From: Candidatus Marinacidobacterales bacterium
Lineage (GTDB): Bacteria > Acidobacteriota > Vicinamibacteria > Marinacidobacterales > SMYC01
Direction: 5' to 3'
DNA length: 64,000 bases
Assembly: GCA_965237955.1 (NCBI GenBank)
Contig: OZ250169.1
Coordinates: 1,728,001 to 1,792,000, forward strand
Shown: positions 30,706 to 42,200 of the stretch, piece after piece
Layout: each line of letters opens with the position of its first letter
Numbering within the stretch: the first letter of the stretch is position 1
The notes under the pieces: generated by a model
What the model was told of the DNA's origin: nothing
The model's input: the letters and a program-made list of their open reading frames with translations, nothing else
The model's database searches: none
Made by a program: the position numbers and the translations under genes

Positions 30706-32424
30706 GGTTCTCCTGTCGTTTCGGGGGATCTGATTTGTGTTGGAGGGCATGGCCTATGGACGCTGCCGCGATTGTGGAAAACGCCGGAAACTCCGGGCGA
30801 GAGAGGCGTTTAGGGAAAGGTTGTGAGCACGTACAAACGTGGAGCGGCGTTTTCCACAATCGCTTGGAAAACGCTTCGCGTTTCCCACGAGCGCCCACAG
30901 GCCCCTCCTGATATATATACAAGAAAGATTAATTCATATGGGATAAGGAAGGGGGGGCTCGATTAGTGGAGGCTATGGAAAACGCCCTTCCAGGCTTCGA
31001 AGAGAACTCAGTCGTGAGCAAGGTCTGAACGACCAGAACCGTGGGGGCGTTTCCCACAGCCTCGTCTCCCGCTGAGGGGCAGTGGCATTTGGTGAGGCCC
31101 GTGGGTTGAGAGGGTAAGCCATGTGTAGATGCGCATCGGCGAGAACGCTAGAATCTTTTTTTCCGAAAGAGAAAAGAGCGTTCCCGCGATGCGCGTTACT
31201 ACGTTAGTCAACAAGCTCATCGGATTGCAAGGCCTGTGGGTCCGAGGTTTCCACTTCCAGGCGGACAAAGCCAGAGTGGTGGTGGATGTAGTACCACGGA
31301 GGAGGAAGCCTCTGTGCGGGATTTGCGGACGAAAGGTCCGCAAGAACAAAGATCGCTACAATCGCTACTGGCGGCACTTGGACCTGTTCGGAGTCCGGAC
31401 CTATCTTCGCTACTCGATCCGACGAGTGCTATGTCGGCGGTGTGGAGTGGTCAGAGAAAAGGTGCCTTGGGCAGACAAGGGAAGCCGCTTTACCAAAAGC
31501 TTCGAACAAGAGGTAGCGTGGCTGGCACAGAGGACGGACGTCAGCGCCGTAGCGAACTATTTCCGAGTGACGTGGCGTTCGGTGCGACGGATCATCCAGC
31601 GAGTGGTTGCCGAGCAGCGGGATGAGCGGCGCGAGCTCGATGGATTGCGGGTGATTGGGATGGACGAGATCAGCTACCGCAAACGCCACAAGTACTTAAC
31701 AGTGGTAATAGACCATCTCAGCGGCCGGGTCGTCTGGGCGGGAAAGGAGCGCAAGGCCAAGACGCTGCTGCGGTTTTTCCGCAAGCTCGGACCACAAAGA
31801 GCCGCGGAGCTCGAAGCGGTCAGCATGGACATGTGGGAGCCGTACATAACTGTCGTCGGCAAAAAGGCTCCTCAGGCACGGGTGATCTTTGACCGCTTCC
31901 ACATCGTCAAGCATCTGAACGAGGCCGTGGATAAGACCCGGCGCGAGCTGGTGCGCGAGCTCAAAGGGACTGCCCGGCGCAACCTCAAGAACACCAAGTT
32001 TCCCCTTCTCAAGGCCAAACACAACCGCAGCGCGAAAGACAAACGGGTGCTCCGCGAGCAGGTGCGAGCTAATCGTCGCCTCTACCGCGCCATGCTTCTG
32101 CGCGACGACTTCATGGACCTCTACACCTACAAAACCGAGACATGGGCCAAGAAGTTTCTCCGAGGATGGCTGCGGCGCGCTATGAGCTCGAGGATAGAGC
32201 CCGTCAAACGCGCGGCGAAGATGATCCGCAGCCACTTCGATGGCGTCATCGCGTGGGTCACGTGGAGACTCAGCAACGGCCGACTCGAAGGAATGAACAA
32301 CAAAATCCGGCTGCTGAGCCACCGCAGCTTTGGACTCCACTCTGCCGAAGCTCTCATCAGTCTCGTCTACCTAAACTGTGGCGGTCTCACCCTCGAGAGG
32401 ATCCACTGAAATGGCAGGAGAGGC
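30706..32424 (+). mobile_element. ISL3-family insertion sequence, copy 2
   Basis: Same TIRs as copy 1; 8-bp TSD ACCAAAGA (30698-30705, 32425-32432). Confidence 0.96.
31189..32409 (+). CDS. ISL3-family transposase
   Basis: Nearly identical to 6314-7531, one codon longer. Confidence 0.96.
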   Translation: MRVTTLVNKLIGLQGLWVRGFHFQADKARVVVDVVPRRRKPLCGICGRKVRKNKDRYNRYWRHLDLFGVRTYLRYSIRRVLCRRCGVVREKVPWADKGSRFTKSFEQEVAWLAQRTDVSAVANYFRVTWRSVRRIIQRVVAEQRDERRELDGLRVIGMDEISYRKRHKYLTVVIDHLSGRVVWAGKERKAKTLLRFFRKLGPQRAAELEAVSMDMWEPYITVVGKKAPQARVIFDRFHIVKHLNEAVDKTRRELVRELKGTARRNLKNTKFPLLKAKHNRSAKDKRVLREQVRANRRLYRAMLLRDDFMDLYTYKTETWAKKFLRGWLRRAMSSRIEPVKRAAKMIRSHFDGVIAWVTWRLSNGRLEGMNNKIRLLSHRSFGLHSAEALISLVYLNCGGLTLERIH

Positions 32425-32465
32425 ACCAAAGATAAGAGTTGACACACGCACCGTCGACAGACACG

Positions 32466-32966
32466 ATGTCCCGGGGGGGATCTAAGGTGTCAACGCTCGC
32501 ACCAGGCGACAAACGCGTTCTGCACCGGCTGCGCCCGCGCGGTGTGGTGTCGCTCGCGATCTACCAAGGGGAGAGGATCCCACCCGCGTACGGGATCTTG
32601 AACGACATCTCGGAGGGCGGCGTCCGTATCCACTCCGACCGCATCCTCCCTCAGGGGCAGAACTTACGGCTTCGTATCCAGTTCGAGTCCGAAAAAGATC
32701 TGTTCGAAGCAGGTGGCCGGGTCGCGTGGACCAAACCCGCGAAAGGTGACGACAGCCTGCTCGGGGGCTCGTTGTCCGGCATCTCGCTCGAGTTGCCGTC
32801 GCAAGAATCCGAGTATTGGCTCAGGCGTCTTCTGGTGTCACCGGAGTTCGAGGAACCGGATACCGCGAGTCGCGATTACGACGATTTTCTCGCGGCCCTT
32901 CGACCCCATCTAGAGCGGCTCGGAGACTATCTCGTCGCCCTCGGTCTTCGTGCGCGCAAGCGATAG
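32466..32966 (+). CDS. PilZ domain protein
   Basis: KRVLHR (RxxxR) and NDISEGG (DxSxxG) motifs, GRVAW. Confidence 0.8.
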   Translation: MSRGGSKVSTLAPGDKRVLHRLRPRGVVSLAIYQGERIPPAYGILNDISEGGVRIHSDRILPQGQNLRLRIQFESEKDLFEAGGRVAWTKPAKGDDSLLGGSLSGISLELPSQESEYWLRRLLVSPEFEEPDTASRDYDDFLAALRPHLERLGDYLVALGLRARKR

Positions 32967-33140
32967 CGATTCCTGAAGCTGCGACATCCCGTCGTTCAAG
33001 ACACCGTAGTCCCAATTCTGGCAATAAATTGCAAGAATCTTGCTCTGCCCACGCAATTCCTGAAATAAAAACGGACCTTGAGACGTCTGAATAGTGCGGG
33101 TCACGCACGTCGAAGGACGGCGCGATATGCTGGGTCGTCC

Positions 33141-33674
33141 ATGGATGCGGACCGCGACGCGCTGGCCCGATTTCTCGACGGTGATGAAAGGGCATTCGAA
33201 GAGTTGGTCATCCGTTATGAAGCGAAGGTACGCAGAATCGCGTTCGGCGTGTTGCGCGACGCCGCTCTTGCCGAGGATGTGGCGCAAGAGACCTTTCTCA
33301 CCGCTTACCGCAAGGCGGATAGCTTCCGCGCCGAAGGCTCGGTGCGGGCCTGGCTGTTCCGTATCGCCGTTCGCCGGGCGTTGGACCAGCTCAAAAAACG
33401 CGTCCGGAAAGCAGAAGTTGCACTGCTCGATGACGGGCGCTGCGGCGTCGAACCGCACGAGCAGCTCGACGCCGGTTGGGATCTAGAGCGTGCGCTCGAG
33501 CGTCTCACCCCGGAGCACCGTGCAGCAATAATATTGAAGGAAGTCGAAGGATTGACCTATCAGGAGATCGCAGAGTCGCTGGGCTGGCCCATGGGTACGG
33601 TGGCGACTCGTATCCATCGCGCAAGGCTCGAGCTCAGAGCCAGGTGGCAGGAGAAAACGAATGTCGTGTCCTGA
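33141..33674 (+). CDS. ECF sigma-70 factor
   Basis: GDERAFEEL, AEDVAQETF, WLFRIA, TYQEIA..GTVATRIHRAR. Confidence 0.93.
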   Translation: MDADRDALARFLDGDERAFEELVIRYEAKVRRIAFGVLRDAALAEDVAQETFLTAYRKADSFRAEGSVRAWLFRIAVRRALDQLKKRVRKAEVALLDDGRCGVEPHEQLDAGWDLERALERLTPEHRAAIILKEVEGLTYQEIAESLGWPMGTVATRIHRARLELRARWQEKTNVVS

Positions 33675-34092
33675 AGATCGAATTTCGGCATGGATTGACG
33701 GCGAGCTGCTGCAACAAGACGCGAACGCTGTCGAAACACACGTCGCGGGCTGCGCTATCTGTCAGGAATTGGTGGCGTCTCTCCGCAACCTGTCCCAATA
33801 CTTCGAGACGGATGTTGCACCGGATCCCGGCTTCGTCGTTCGCTTCCGCGGGCGACGCGACGAGGTTTCGGTCGCGCCGTGGTGGACGTGGCGCGAGCTC
33901 GCGCTCCGGCTCGTGCCGCTCGCGGCCGCGGTACTCGTTGCCGCGATCGCGGTGTGGTGGATGTCGGCGGCTCCCGCCGGTTCACTTCAAGAGCTCGAGC
34001 GCGAAGCGCTGGGAGCTCCGGTCGCGTTCGATAACGGCCCCGAAGCGGTTTTGAGTATTGCCTTCGAACCTTTTCCTGGGGATATCGAGTAG
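33661..34092 (+). CDS. zf-HC2 anti-sigma factor
   Basis: SAWIDGEL..HVAGCAIC (HxxxCxxC) plus one TM segment. Confidence 0.88.
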   Translation: MSCPEDRISAWIDGELLQQDANAVETHVAGCAICQELVASLRNLSQYFETDVAPDPGFVVRFRGRRDEVSVAPWWTWRELALRLVPLAAAVLVAAIAVWWMSAAPAGSLQELEREALGAPVAFDNGPEAVLSIAFEPFPGDIE

Positions 34093-34101
34093 GAGGCGCG
34101 C

Positions 34102-34539
34102 ATGATGGCTTCAGCGAAGAAATGGATGGGGGTCACGCTCCTGGCGACCCTGGTGATCGGCATGGGCGCCGGCGTTCTCGTCGATCGCTTCTTGCTCGCG
34201 TCAACATCAATGGTGCATTCACGCGCGCGCGACGTCGATCGCCGCGGAACCGGTGAGCACAGTGAGCGTGGCCGGCACATGGTGGAGCGATTGCGTTCAG
34301 GCCTCGATTTGACCGACGACCAAGCGGCACGTCTCGAAGAGGTCATGAACCGGAACCACGAGACCGCGCATCAGTATTGGAAAGACTCACGACAAGAGTA
34401 CGAGGCGATACGGCAGCAGTTCCGCGCCGACATCCGCGAGCTCTTGAACGAAGAGCAGCAAGTGAAGTTCGACCAGATGGTCGCTGAATACGAAGCCAAG
34501 AGCCATAGAGATCGAGAGGCACGCCGCAGTGCCCGATAA
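34102..34539 (+). CDS. Periplasmic Spy/CpxP-like (heavy-metal sensor-like) protein
   Basis: LDLTDDQ and LNEEQQVKF (LTxxQ-like) motifs after a TM segment. Confidence 0.7.
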   Translation: MMASAKKWMGVTLLATLVIGMGAGVLVDRFLLASTSMVHSRARDVDRRGTGEHSERGRHMVERLRSGLDLTDDQAARLEEVMNRNHETAHQYWKDSRQEYEAIRQQFRADIRELLNEEQQVKFDQMVAEYEAKSHRDREARRSAR

Positions 34540-37500
34540 AACTGTCAACGAGCGGCAAGAACACATCAACCCCATCGCCAAGTTCGCGGTTGAACGACGG
34601 GTGACGATGACGATGGCCGTCATCGGTATTTTCGTCCTCGGCTATCTGTCGCTCATGCGGCTGCCCCTCGAGTTCATGCCGAGCTTTTCGTCGAACAGCA
34701 TGTGGATACGCGCGCCGTACAACTCCTCGTCACCCGAGGAGGTCGAGCGCGAGATCGTCCGGCCGCTCGAGGATATTCTCGGCACGATCAACGGTATCGA
34801 CACGCTGACCGCGAATGCATCTGCCAATGAAGGCAGCGTCAGTATCACGTTCAAAGACGACGTCGACATGGACCTTGCCGCCGTCGAAGTGCGCGATCGT
34901 ATCGACCGTGTGCGGCACCTTCTGCCCGACGATCTTCGTCAGATTCGCATCCGACGCTGGCAAAGCACCGACATGCCGGTGTATCGCTTCCACCTGAGCG
35001 CGGACTGGGGCAAGGACCGCCTCTACGATTTCACCGAGCACGTCATCCAGCGCCGTCTCGAGCGACTCGAGGGCGTGGCTTCGGTCGAAGTATGGGGTAT
35101 CAGGAAGCGGGAGCTCCAGGTGCAGCTCCACCCTGCGAGAATGCAGGCGGCCGGGGTCGACTCCCGTGACGTGAACTCGGTGCTCCGCAACAACCACATC
35201 AACGTTTCCGGCGGCTACATCAAAGAAGGGCCGCGAAAGCTCACCGTGCGGTCCGTCGGTGAGTTTCAAACCGTCGAGGAGATCGAAAAGCTTCCGATTG
35301 GAACCCGCGGCGTTCGTGGCATTCGTATCAGGGACATCGCCGACGTCGCCTATACCTACCCGCGGCAGGAAAGCTTCAACTTCCTCAATGACAAAGAGGC
35401 GGTCACGCTCAGCGTCTTCAAGTCTTCGACCGCCAATCTCCTCCACGTCGTGGACGCTGCCAAGGCCGAGCTCGCGCGCATCGAGGCCATGCCCCAAGCC
35501 GCGGGCCTTTCGACGCGGGTGTTGCACGACGTGTCGGTGGACGTTCGCCAGGGCCTGGGACAGCTTCGCAATGCCGGTCTACTCGGAGGCCTTCTCGCGG
35601 TCGTCTTTCTGTTCCTGTTCCTGAGAAAGGTACGAACCACGGCGCTGGTGGCGCTCGCGATCCCCATCTCGATCGTTTTGACGTTCGTCATCCTGTATTT
35701 CTTACGAGAGCTCGGCGTGGTGACCACCACGATCAACGTCGTGAGCCTCATGGGCCTGATGCTCGCGGTCGGGATGCTGGTCGACAACTCGGTCGTGGTC
35801 ATCGAATCGATTTCGCGGCATCTCACCGACCTCCGCGAAGACGCGAAGACCGCCGCGCTTCGTGGCACATCGGCGGTAGCGATGCCGATCATCGCGTCCA
35901 CGCTGACGACGATGTGCGTCTTCATCCCCATGATCTTTCTCGCGAACACCGGCGGCGGGTTCATGCGCTTCATGCTCGACATCGGCATCACCATTTGCAT
36001 CGTGATGGTGTCGTCGCTCTTGGTCGCGCTCACCGTCGTGCCCATGGTGGCCGCGGTCTTGCTCCGAGGCGAGAACACGAACGAGTCGAAGCTCACCGTG
36101 GCGCTCTCGGCGGGCTACGGTCACGTCATCGGGTTCACGCTGAAGCACCGCTTCGTGTTTTTCGTCGGCATTCTGGGGATGCTGTACGGATCCTACAAAT
36201 TGCTCGGGACGATCGAGCGGACGTTCACACCGAGGACGATGGAACGACAAATCTCCATCAACGTTGACACGCCGCGCTCGTACTCGCTCGAACAGACACA
36301 GGCGCTCTACGCCGAGGTCACCAGTCTCCTCAACGAGCACCGGGTCGAGCTCGATATCTCCGACGTCGTCTATAGATACAGCCGTACCGGCGGCCGTTCA
36401 CGAGGTGGCTTTCGAGGCAGGCGCAGATTCGACATCTATCTCGTCGACGAAGAACAGTCGAAGCGGTCCGTGCGGGAGGTCCGCGACGAGATCCGAGAGC
36501 TGTTGCCCGCGAAAGCGGGCGTCGACTTCAAGATCGCGCAGAGCACCGGCCATGGAGGCAGAGGCGGCGGCTTCGGTATCAATCTCGATCTCAAAGGCGA
36601 TGATATGGCGGTGCTCGAGCTCGTGGCCCAGCGCGTAGTGGCAACCCTCGAGGGGACCTCGTGGGCGCGCGATGTGGATAGCTCGCTCGATAGCGGTACT
36701 GACGAGATCCACGTGAGCGTCGACCGCGAGCGTGCTCTCCAATCGGGGCTCTCGACTCAGGCGGTCGCGTTTTCGATCTCGAACGCGCTCTCGTCCCGCC
36801 CTATCGGCCGCATTGCCGCCGACGATCGGGAAGTCGATATCGTGGTGCAGTTCCGCGAAGAAGACCGCTCGACGCTCGATCAGCTCAAGAAAATGCCGAT
36901 CATGGCGAGCGACGCCCGACTGCCTATCGGCGCCATGGCAGCTTTCGAAGTCAAACAGGGACCGCGCCGGATCGAGCGCGAGAACAAACGACCCAAGCTC
37001 AGAATTACTGCAAACACCAACACCGCGGGCGCATCGTTCCGCATGATGGGGCAGGTCACCGAGATCATGAACGGCATCAGCCTGCCACCGGGCTACGAGT
37101 GGGGTTTCGGTCGAAGTTGGCGTCATGCGCAACAGGATTGGAGTAGCGCGCTGTTCGCGTTCATCTTTGCGTTGGGTTTGATCTACTTGATCATGTCGGC
37201 TCTGTTCGAGAGCTTCGTCCAGCCGTTCACGATCATGTTCTCGATTCCGTTCGCGTTCATCGGCGTCGGAATCGTGCTCAAGCTCACCAGCCAGCCGCTC
37301 GATAACATGGCAAACATGGGGCTCATCATTCTCGTGGGCGTGGTGGTCAATAACGCCATCGTGCTAATTGCGCACATCAATCACTTGAGATGGCAAGGTG
37401 TGCCGCGCGACGAAGCGATCGTCGTCGGAGGCAGGCATCGGTTGCGGCCGATCCTGATGACGGCGATGACCACCGTCCTCGGGTTGCTACCGATGGTCGC

Positions 37501-37687
37501 GCCTCTGATTTTCCCGGGTGTGCTGGGGACAACGGAAGGGCGAGCCGGGAACTGGGCGCCCGTCGGGCTGGTCATTCTTGCGGGGCTGACCACGTCGACG
37601 TTCTTGACGCTGGTCATCATTCCCACGATTTACTCACTCGTGGACGATTGCACGCGCTTTGCCGGAAAGATTGTTCGAGCAGCGTAG
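34529..37687 (+). CDS. RND efflux permease (AcrB/AcrD/AcrF family)
   Basis: GMLVDNSVVVIE, ASTLTT, RLRPILMT; 1052 aa. Confidence 0.95.
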   Translation: MPDKTVNERQEHINPIAKFAVERRVTMTMAVIGIFVLGYLSLMRLPLEFMPSFSSNSMWIRAPYNSSSPEEVEREIVRPLEDILGTINGIDTLTANASANEGSVSITFKDDVDMDLAAVEVRDRIDRVRHLLPDDLRQIRIRRWQSTDMPVYRFHLSADWGKDRLYDFTEHVIQRRLERLEGVASVEVWGIRKRELQVQLHPARMQAAGVDSRDVNSVLRNNHINVSGGYIKEGPRKLTVRSVGEFQTVEEIEKLPIGTRGVRGIRIRDIADVAYTYPRQESFNFLNDKEAVTLSVFKSSTANLLHVVDAAKAELARIEAMPQAAGLSTRVLHDVSVDVRQGLGQLRNAGLLGGLLAVVFLFLFLRKVRTTALVALAIPISIVLTFVILYFLRELGVVTTTINVVSLMGLMLAVGMLVDNSVVVIESISRHLTDLREDAKTAALRGTSAVAMPIIASTLTTMCVFIPMIFLANTGGGFMRFMLDIGITICIVMVSSLLVALTVVPMVAAVLLRGENTNESKLTVALSAGYGHVIGFTLKHRFVFFVGILGMLYGSYKLLGTIERTFTPRTMERQISINVDTPRSYSLEQTQALYAEVTSLLNEHRVELDISDVVYRYSRTGGRSRGGFRGRRRFDIYLVDEEQSKRSVREVRDEIRELLPAKAGVDFKIAQSTGHGGRGGGFGINLDLKGDDMAVLELVAQRVVATLEGTSWARDVDSSLDSGTDEIHVSVDRERALQSGLSTQAVAFSISNALSSRPIGRIAADDREVDIVVQFREEDRSTLDQLKKMPIMASDARLPIGAMAAFEVKQGPRRIERENKRPKLRITANTNTAGASFRMMGQVTEIMNGISLPPGYEWGFGRSWRHAQQDWSSALFAFIFALGLIYLIMSALFESFVQPFTIMFSIPFAFIGVGIVLKLTSQPLDNMANMGLIILVGVVVNNAIVLIAHINHLRWQGVPRDEAIVVGGRHRLRPILMTAMTTVLGLLPMVAPLIFPGVLGTTEGRAGNWAPVGLVILAGLTTSTFLTLVIIPTIYSLVDDCTRFAGKIVRAA

Positions 37688-37706
37688 TGGGAGTAGTGAA
37701 GCGGTT

Positions 37707-39107
37707 ATGAAGACGAGAAGCACAACGCAGTTTGCCGTCGCGCTCGTGGCGGGGCTCTTCTTATTGAGTGGGCTGAGTGGGCTGAGTGGCTGTGGCGGCT
37801 CCGACGAAGGGGCCGCGCCTCAAGATAAAGGGGGCAAAGGTGGCCAAGGCGGCCAGCGCGGTGGTCACGGCGGCCAGCGCGGTGGTCACGGCGGCGGACC
37901 TCCGGGGATGGGCGGCGGCCCTGCTGCGGCCGCGGTGCCGGTTGAGGTCGTTGCTATCTCGCGGCGTTCGGTGTCGTCGTTTCTGCAGACGAACGGAAGC
38001 CTCGAAGCCGAGAACGACGTACAAATCGTCGCTCGTATTCAAGGACCCATCGTCGAGCTCGTCGCCGAGGAGGGCATGCGCCTCGAGAAGGGCGACCTCA
38101 TGCTCAAGATCGACGAGACCGAGACACTCGCTCAGGTCGAGATCGCCAAGGTTGGTTTGAAAGAAGGGACGCGCGCCCACGAGCGCGCCAAAGCGGCCCG
38201 CGACAGCGAGATCATCAGCCAGGAAGTTTATGACGCCGCGCTTGCGCAGCTCGAGTCTGCCGAAGCGCAGCTGATGAGCGCCGAGATCAACTACAGCTAC
38301 ACGTCAGTGAAGGCGCCGTTCGACGGTATCGTCGTCGAGCGTCTTGTGAAACTCGCAGAGAACGTGACCGCGAATCAGGAGCTTTTTCGCTTCTCCGAGT
38401 TCGATCCGCTGCTGTGCAAGATCCAGGTGCCGGAGAAAGAGCTCTCCCGACTACGCAAAGGGCAGACGGCTTACCTGAACGTCGAAGCGTGGCCGGACGA
38501 GCGTTTTCAGGCGTCGGTGTTGAGGATCAGCCCGGTCGTCGACCCGGCGACGGGAACGATCCGGGTCACGCTCCAAGTGCGCGCCCGTTCTAAGCTCAGC
38601 CCGGGAATGTTCGCGCGTGTCTTTCTGGTCACCGACACGCATGAAAGCGCCGTGGTGATGCCGAAGCGAGCGCTTTCGATTGAGAGTTTGAGCGATACCG
38701 TTTTCGTCGTGAACGACGAAGGTCAAGCAGTGCGTCGCGATATCGAGCTCGGCTACGAGGAGACCGATGTCGTCGAAGTGCTCGCGGGGCTCGAAGTGGG
38801 AGAGCGCGTCATCGTCGTCGGCCAGGACGGCCTCACCAACGGAACACCGATTCAAGTGCTCAAAGGTCCAAGTGCCGACGAAGCGCCGCGCCCAGCCCGC
38901 GCCGCGAACTTCGAGCGCCCGCCCGGCGGAGGAGATCACGCTGGCAACGGCCCCGGGCCAGGCATGGGAGGCCCGCCAGGCGGCCGCATGGATCTCTCGA
39001 ACGCCACGCCCGAACAACTCGAGCGCATCAAAAAACGCATGCGCGAGCGCGGCATGACCGACGAACAAATCGAGCAGGCCCTAGCCCGCCGCCGCCAACA
39101 ACAATAG
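37707..39107 (+). CDS. RND periplasmic adaptor (MFP) with Gly-rich extensions
   Basis: APFDGIV, SPVVDPATGT, LSPGMF; lipobox-like LSGC. Confidence 0.93.
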   Translation: MKTRSTTQFAVALVAGLFLLSGLSGLSGCGGSDEGAAPQDKGGKGGQGGQRGGHGGQRGGHGGGPPGMGGGPAAAAVPVEVVAISRRSVSSFLQTNGSLEAENDVQIVARIQGPIVELVAEEGMRLEKGDLMLKIDETETLAQVEIAKVGLKEGTRAHERAKAARDSEIISQEVYDAALAQLESAEAQLMSAEINYSYTSVKAPFDGIVVERLVKLAENVTANQELFRFSEFDPLLCKIQVPEKELSRLRKGQTAYLNVEAWPDERFQASVLRISPVVDPATGTIRVTLQVRARSKLSPGMFARVFLVTDTHESAVVMPKRALSIESLSDTVFVVNDEGQAVRRDIELGYEETDVVEVLAGLEVGERVIVVGQDGLTNGTPIQVLKGPSADEAPRPARAANFERPPGGGDHAGNGPGPGMGGPPGGRMDLSNATPEQLERIKKRMRERGMTDEQIEQALARRRQQQ

Positions 39108-39254
39108 CAATGCCGATGGCCGGCGGCCGACGGCCGATGGCGCCGCTATGAAGATTGTCAACTTCTCCGCTCGAGCGCATCGAGCGTGCTCCAGTCCGCA
39201 ACGTACAACGACAGTCATGCCGATGGCTGATGGCCGACGGCCGATGGCGCCGCA

Positions 39255-42200
39255 ATGAAAATAGTAAACTTCTCCACCCGCCGCCCCGTCACCATCCTCG
39301 TCTTTTTCATCGCAGCGGTGGTTTTCGGCGTGGTCGCATTCCGTGATCTAACCGTCGACCTGTTGCCCGAGATCACATACCCATCACTGACGGTAAAAAC
39401 AGAGTTCGAAGGCACGGCGCCGTCGGAAGTCGAAAGCCTCATCACCAAACCCATCGAGAACGCCGTCGGCGTCGTCAATAACGTCGTCCGCGTCATCTCG
39501 AGTTCGCGCTCCGACACCAGCGAAGTGACGCTCGAGTTCGGTTGGGATACCAACATGGACATGGCCGCTCTCGACGTGCGCGAGCGGTTGGATCTGGTGG
39601 TGCTGCCTGACGACGCCGAGCGTCCAGTGCTTCTCCGCTACGACCCGTCACTCGATCCGATCATGCGGCTGGGTCTTTACGGCGACGAAGATCTCATTCG
39701 CCTGCGATTGATCGGTGAGCAAGACGTGAAACGTCTTCTCGAGCGCGTGGAAGGCGTGGCTGCGGTTCTCGTGAGCGGTGGCCTCGAAGAGGAGATCCAC
39801 GTTGAGCTCGACGAACGCCGCATTGCGAATCTGGGTCTCAGCGCGAGCCAGGTCGTTTCCCGTCTTGCCGCCGAGAACGTCAACCTCACCGGCGGCCGGC
39901 TGCAAGATGGCCAGACGGAGTACCTTGTCCGCACCATCAACGAGTTCGAGCGACCCTCGGATATGCGGCACATCGTGATCGACCCCACCCGCCGCGATAT
40001 CCGTCTCGAGGACGTGGCGCGGATCAGCCGCGGTCATAAAGAACGCGAGGTCGTAAGCCGCATCGATGGGCGTGAAGCGGTGGAGATCGCTATTTACAAA
40101 GAAGGTGGGACGAACACCGTCACCGTCGCCCAGGCGGTGCAGGAGCGGGTCGTCACGCTCGAGGAGCGGCTCGAGCGGCTCGGCGAGGGACTCGAGCTGC
40201 AGTTGATCACGGACCAGTCGCGTTACATTCGCCAGTCCGTATCCGAAGTGCTGTCCACGGCGTTCATCGGTGGGAGCCTCGCGATCCTCGTTCTGATGCT
40301 CTTCCTGCGCAACATCAAGTCGACGCTCATCATCGGCGTCTCGATTCCGGTGTCGGTAATAGCGACGTTTTTCTTGATGTTCGTCTCCGGTATCTCGTTG
40401 AACATCATGTCGCTCGGCGGCATCACTCTCGGCATCGGCCTCGTCGTCGACAACTCCATCGTCGTACTGGAGGCCATCCAACGAAAACGTGAAGAAGGTC
40501 TCGGCGCCGTCGAAGCCGCTCGGAAGGGCGGTGGTGAAGTGGGTCAAGCAGTCATCGCATCCACCTTGACCACGGTGTGCGTGTTCGTTCCTATCGTCTT
40601 CGTCGAAGGCGTTGCCGGACAGCTCTTCGGCGATCAGGCGTTGACGGTGACGTTCTCGTTGACGGTGTCGCTCATCGTCGCCCTCACGTTGATCCCGATG
40701 CTGGCGTCGCGGCAGTTCGCACGGCCGCCGAAAGACGACGTGCCGGACCACCAGCGCTCTCCCGTCGGCCAGGCCGCGATTGCCGTGGTGGGTTTTATCG
40801 GTTTGTGGATTGCCAGGGTGGTGAAGTGGTCCGCGCGGGGTTTGGTCTACGTCGTGCTCGGCATTCTCTACTTCCCTTCAAAGCTTTTTCACGTCGTCTA
40901 CGGCGCTATCACCGATTTCTACCCTCGCGTGCAGGGGGCGGTGTTGAAGCGACCCGTCCCGGTGATCGGCGCGACGCTGGTCGCTTTTCTTGCCTCACTC
41001 CTTCTGGTTGGACAACTCGGAAGCGAGCTCGTCCCCGAGCTCATCCAGGGCGAATTCTTCGTGAACACAGAGCTTCCTCCCGGAACGCATCTCGAGCTCA
41101 ATGAAAAGCGCATGGCGATTCTGGAGCGGGAAGCGATGAATCTCCCCGGGGTGACGTCGGTGTATACCGTCGTCGGGTCCAGCAACGAACAGGGCGGCAC
41201 CGCCGGCGAGCTTCGCGAGAATATCGGTCAGCTCACGATGACTCTCGAGCCGCCGTCGAGTCTCGAAAGAGAGGACGCCCTGATGGAGGCGTTTCGCCCG
41301 TTGCTCGAATCGGAAGAGGACCTCCTATACCGATTCGGACGGCCGACATACTTCAGCTTCAAGACGCCCATCGAAGTCGAGATCCGCGGATTCAACTTGA
41401 GTCTTCTGAAACGTCTCGCCGAGGAGCTCATGGCACGCATGGGGCAAATCGACGGTCTCGTCGACATCAAGTCATCGACGGAAGGTGGCAACCCCGAGCT
41501 TCAGATTCGCTTCGACCGCGATCGCCTGGCGACATTGGGCTACAACGTCAACGAAGTTGCGTCGCTGGTGCGCTCGAAGGTTCTCGGCGACGTGGCCACC
41601 GACATCACCCGGGAAGATCGCACCATCGATATTCGATTGCGCGCGCAGGAACAGTTCCGCGACAGCGTTGCAGATTTGAGAAACCTCAACATCGCGCAGA
41701 CGGGCACGACGCCAATCCCGCTCGCGGCGGTGGCGTCGGTGGTGGAGACCCAGGGTCCTGCCGAAATCCGCCGCTCGGACGGCGAGCGCGCCGCGCTGAT
41801 CACGGCGAACCTCGTTGCCCGCGATCTGGCATCGGCGTCGGCAGCCATCCAAGCCGAGCTCGAAGACATGACGCTTCCGGTGGAATTCGATTGGCGGATG
41901 GGTGGCCAACAGCAGGAAATGGAAACGTCGTTCGCGAGCATGCGCTTCGCCATCCTCCTGGCGGTGTTCCTGGTCTATCTCGTCATGGCCTCACAGTTCG
42001 AATCGCTCCTGCACCCGTTCGTGATCTTGTTCAGCGTTCCGTTCTCGTTGATCGGGGTTCTCGTCACCCTCTACCTCCTGAACGTCACCGTGAGCGTCGT
42101 CGTTCTCATCGGCGTCATCATGCTCGCCGGCATCGTCGTCAACAACGCGATCATTCTCGTCGATACCACGAACCGGTTACGGCGCGAGGGCAGAGCGAAA

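Noticed and set aside
33018-33035. sigma54 promoter-like TGGCAATAAATTGC upstream of the ECF gene
   Set aside because: GG-to-GC spacing is 9 nt rather than the required 10.
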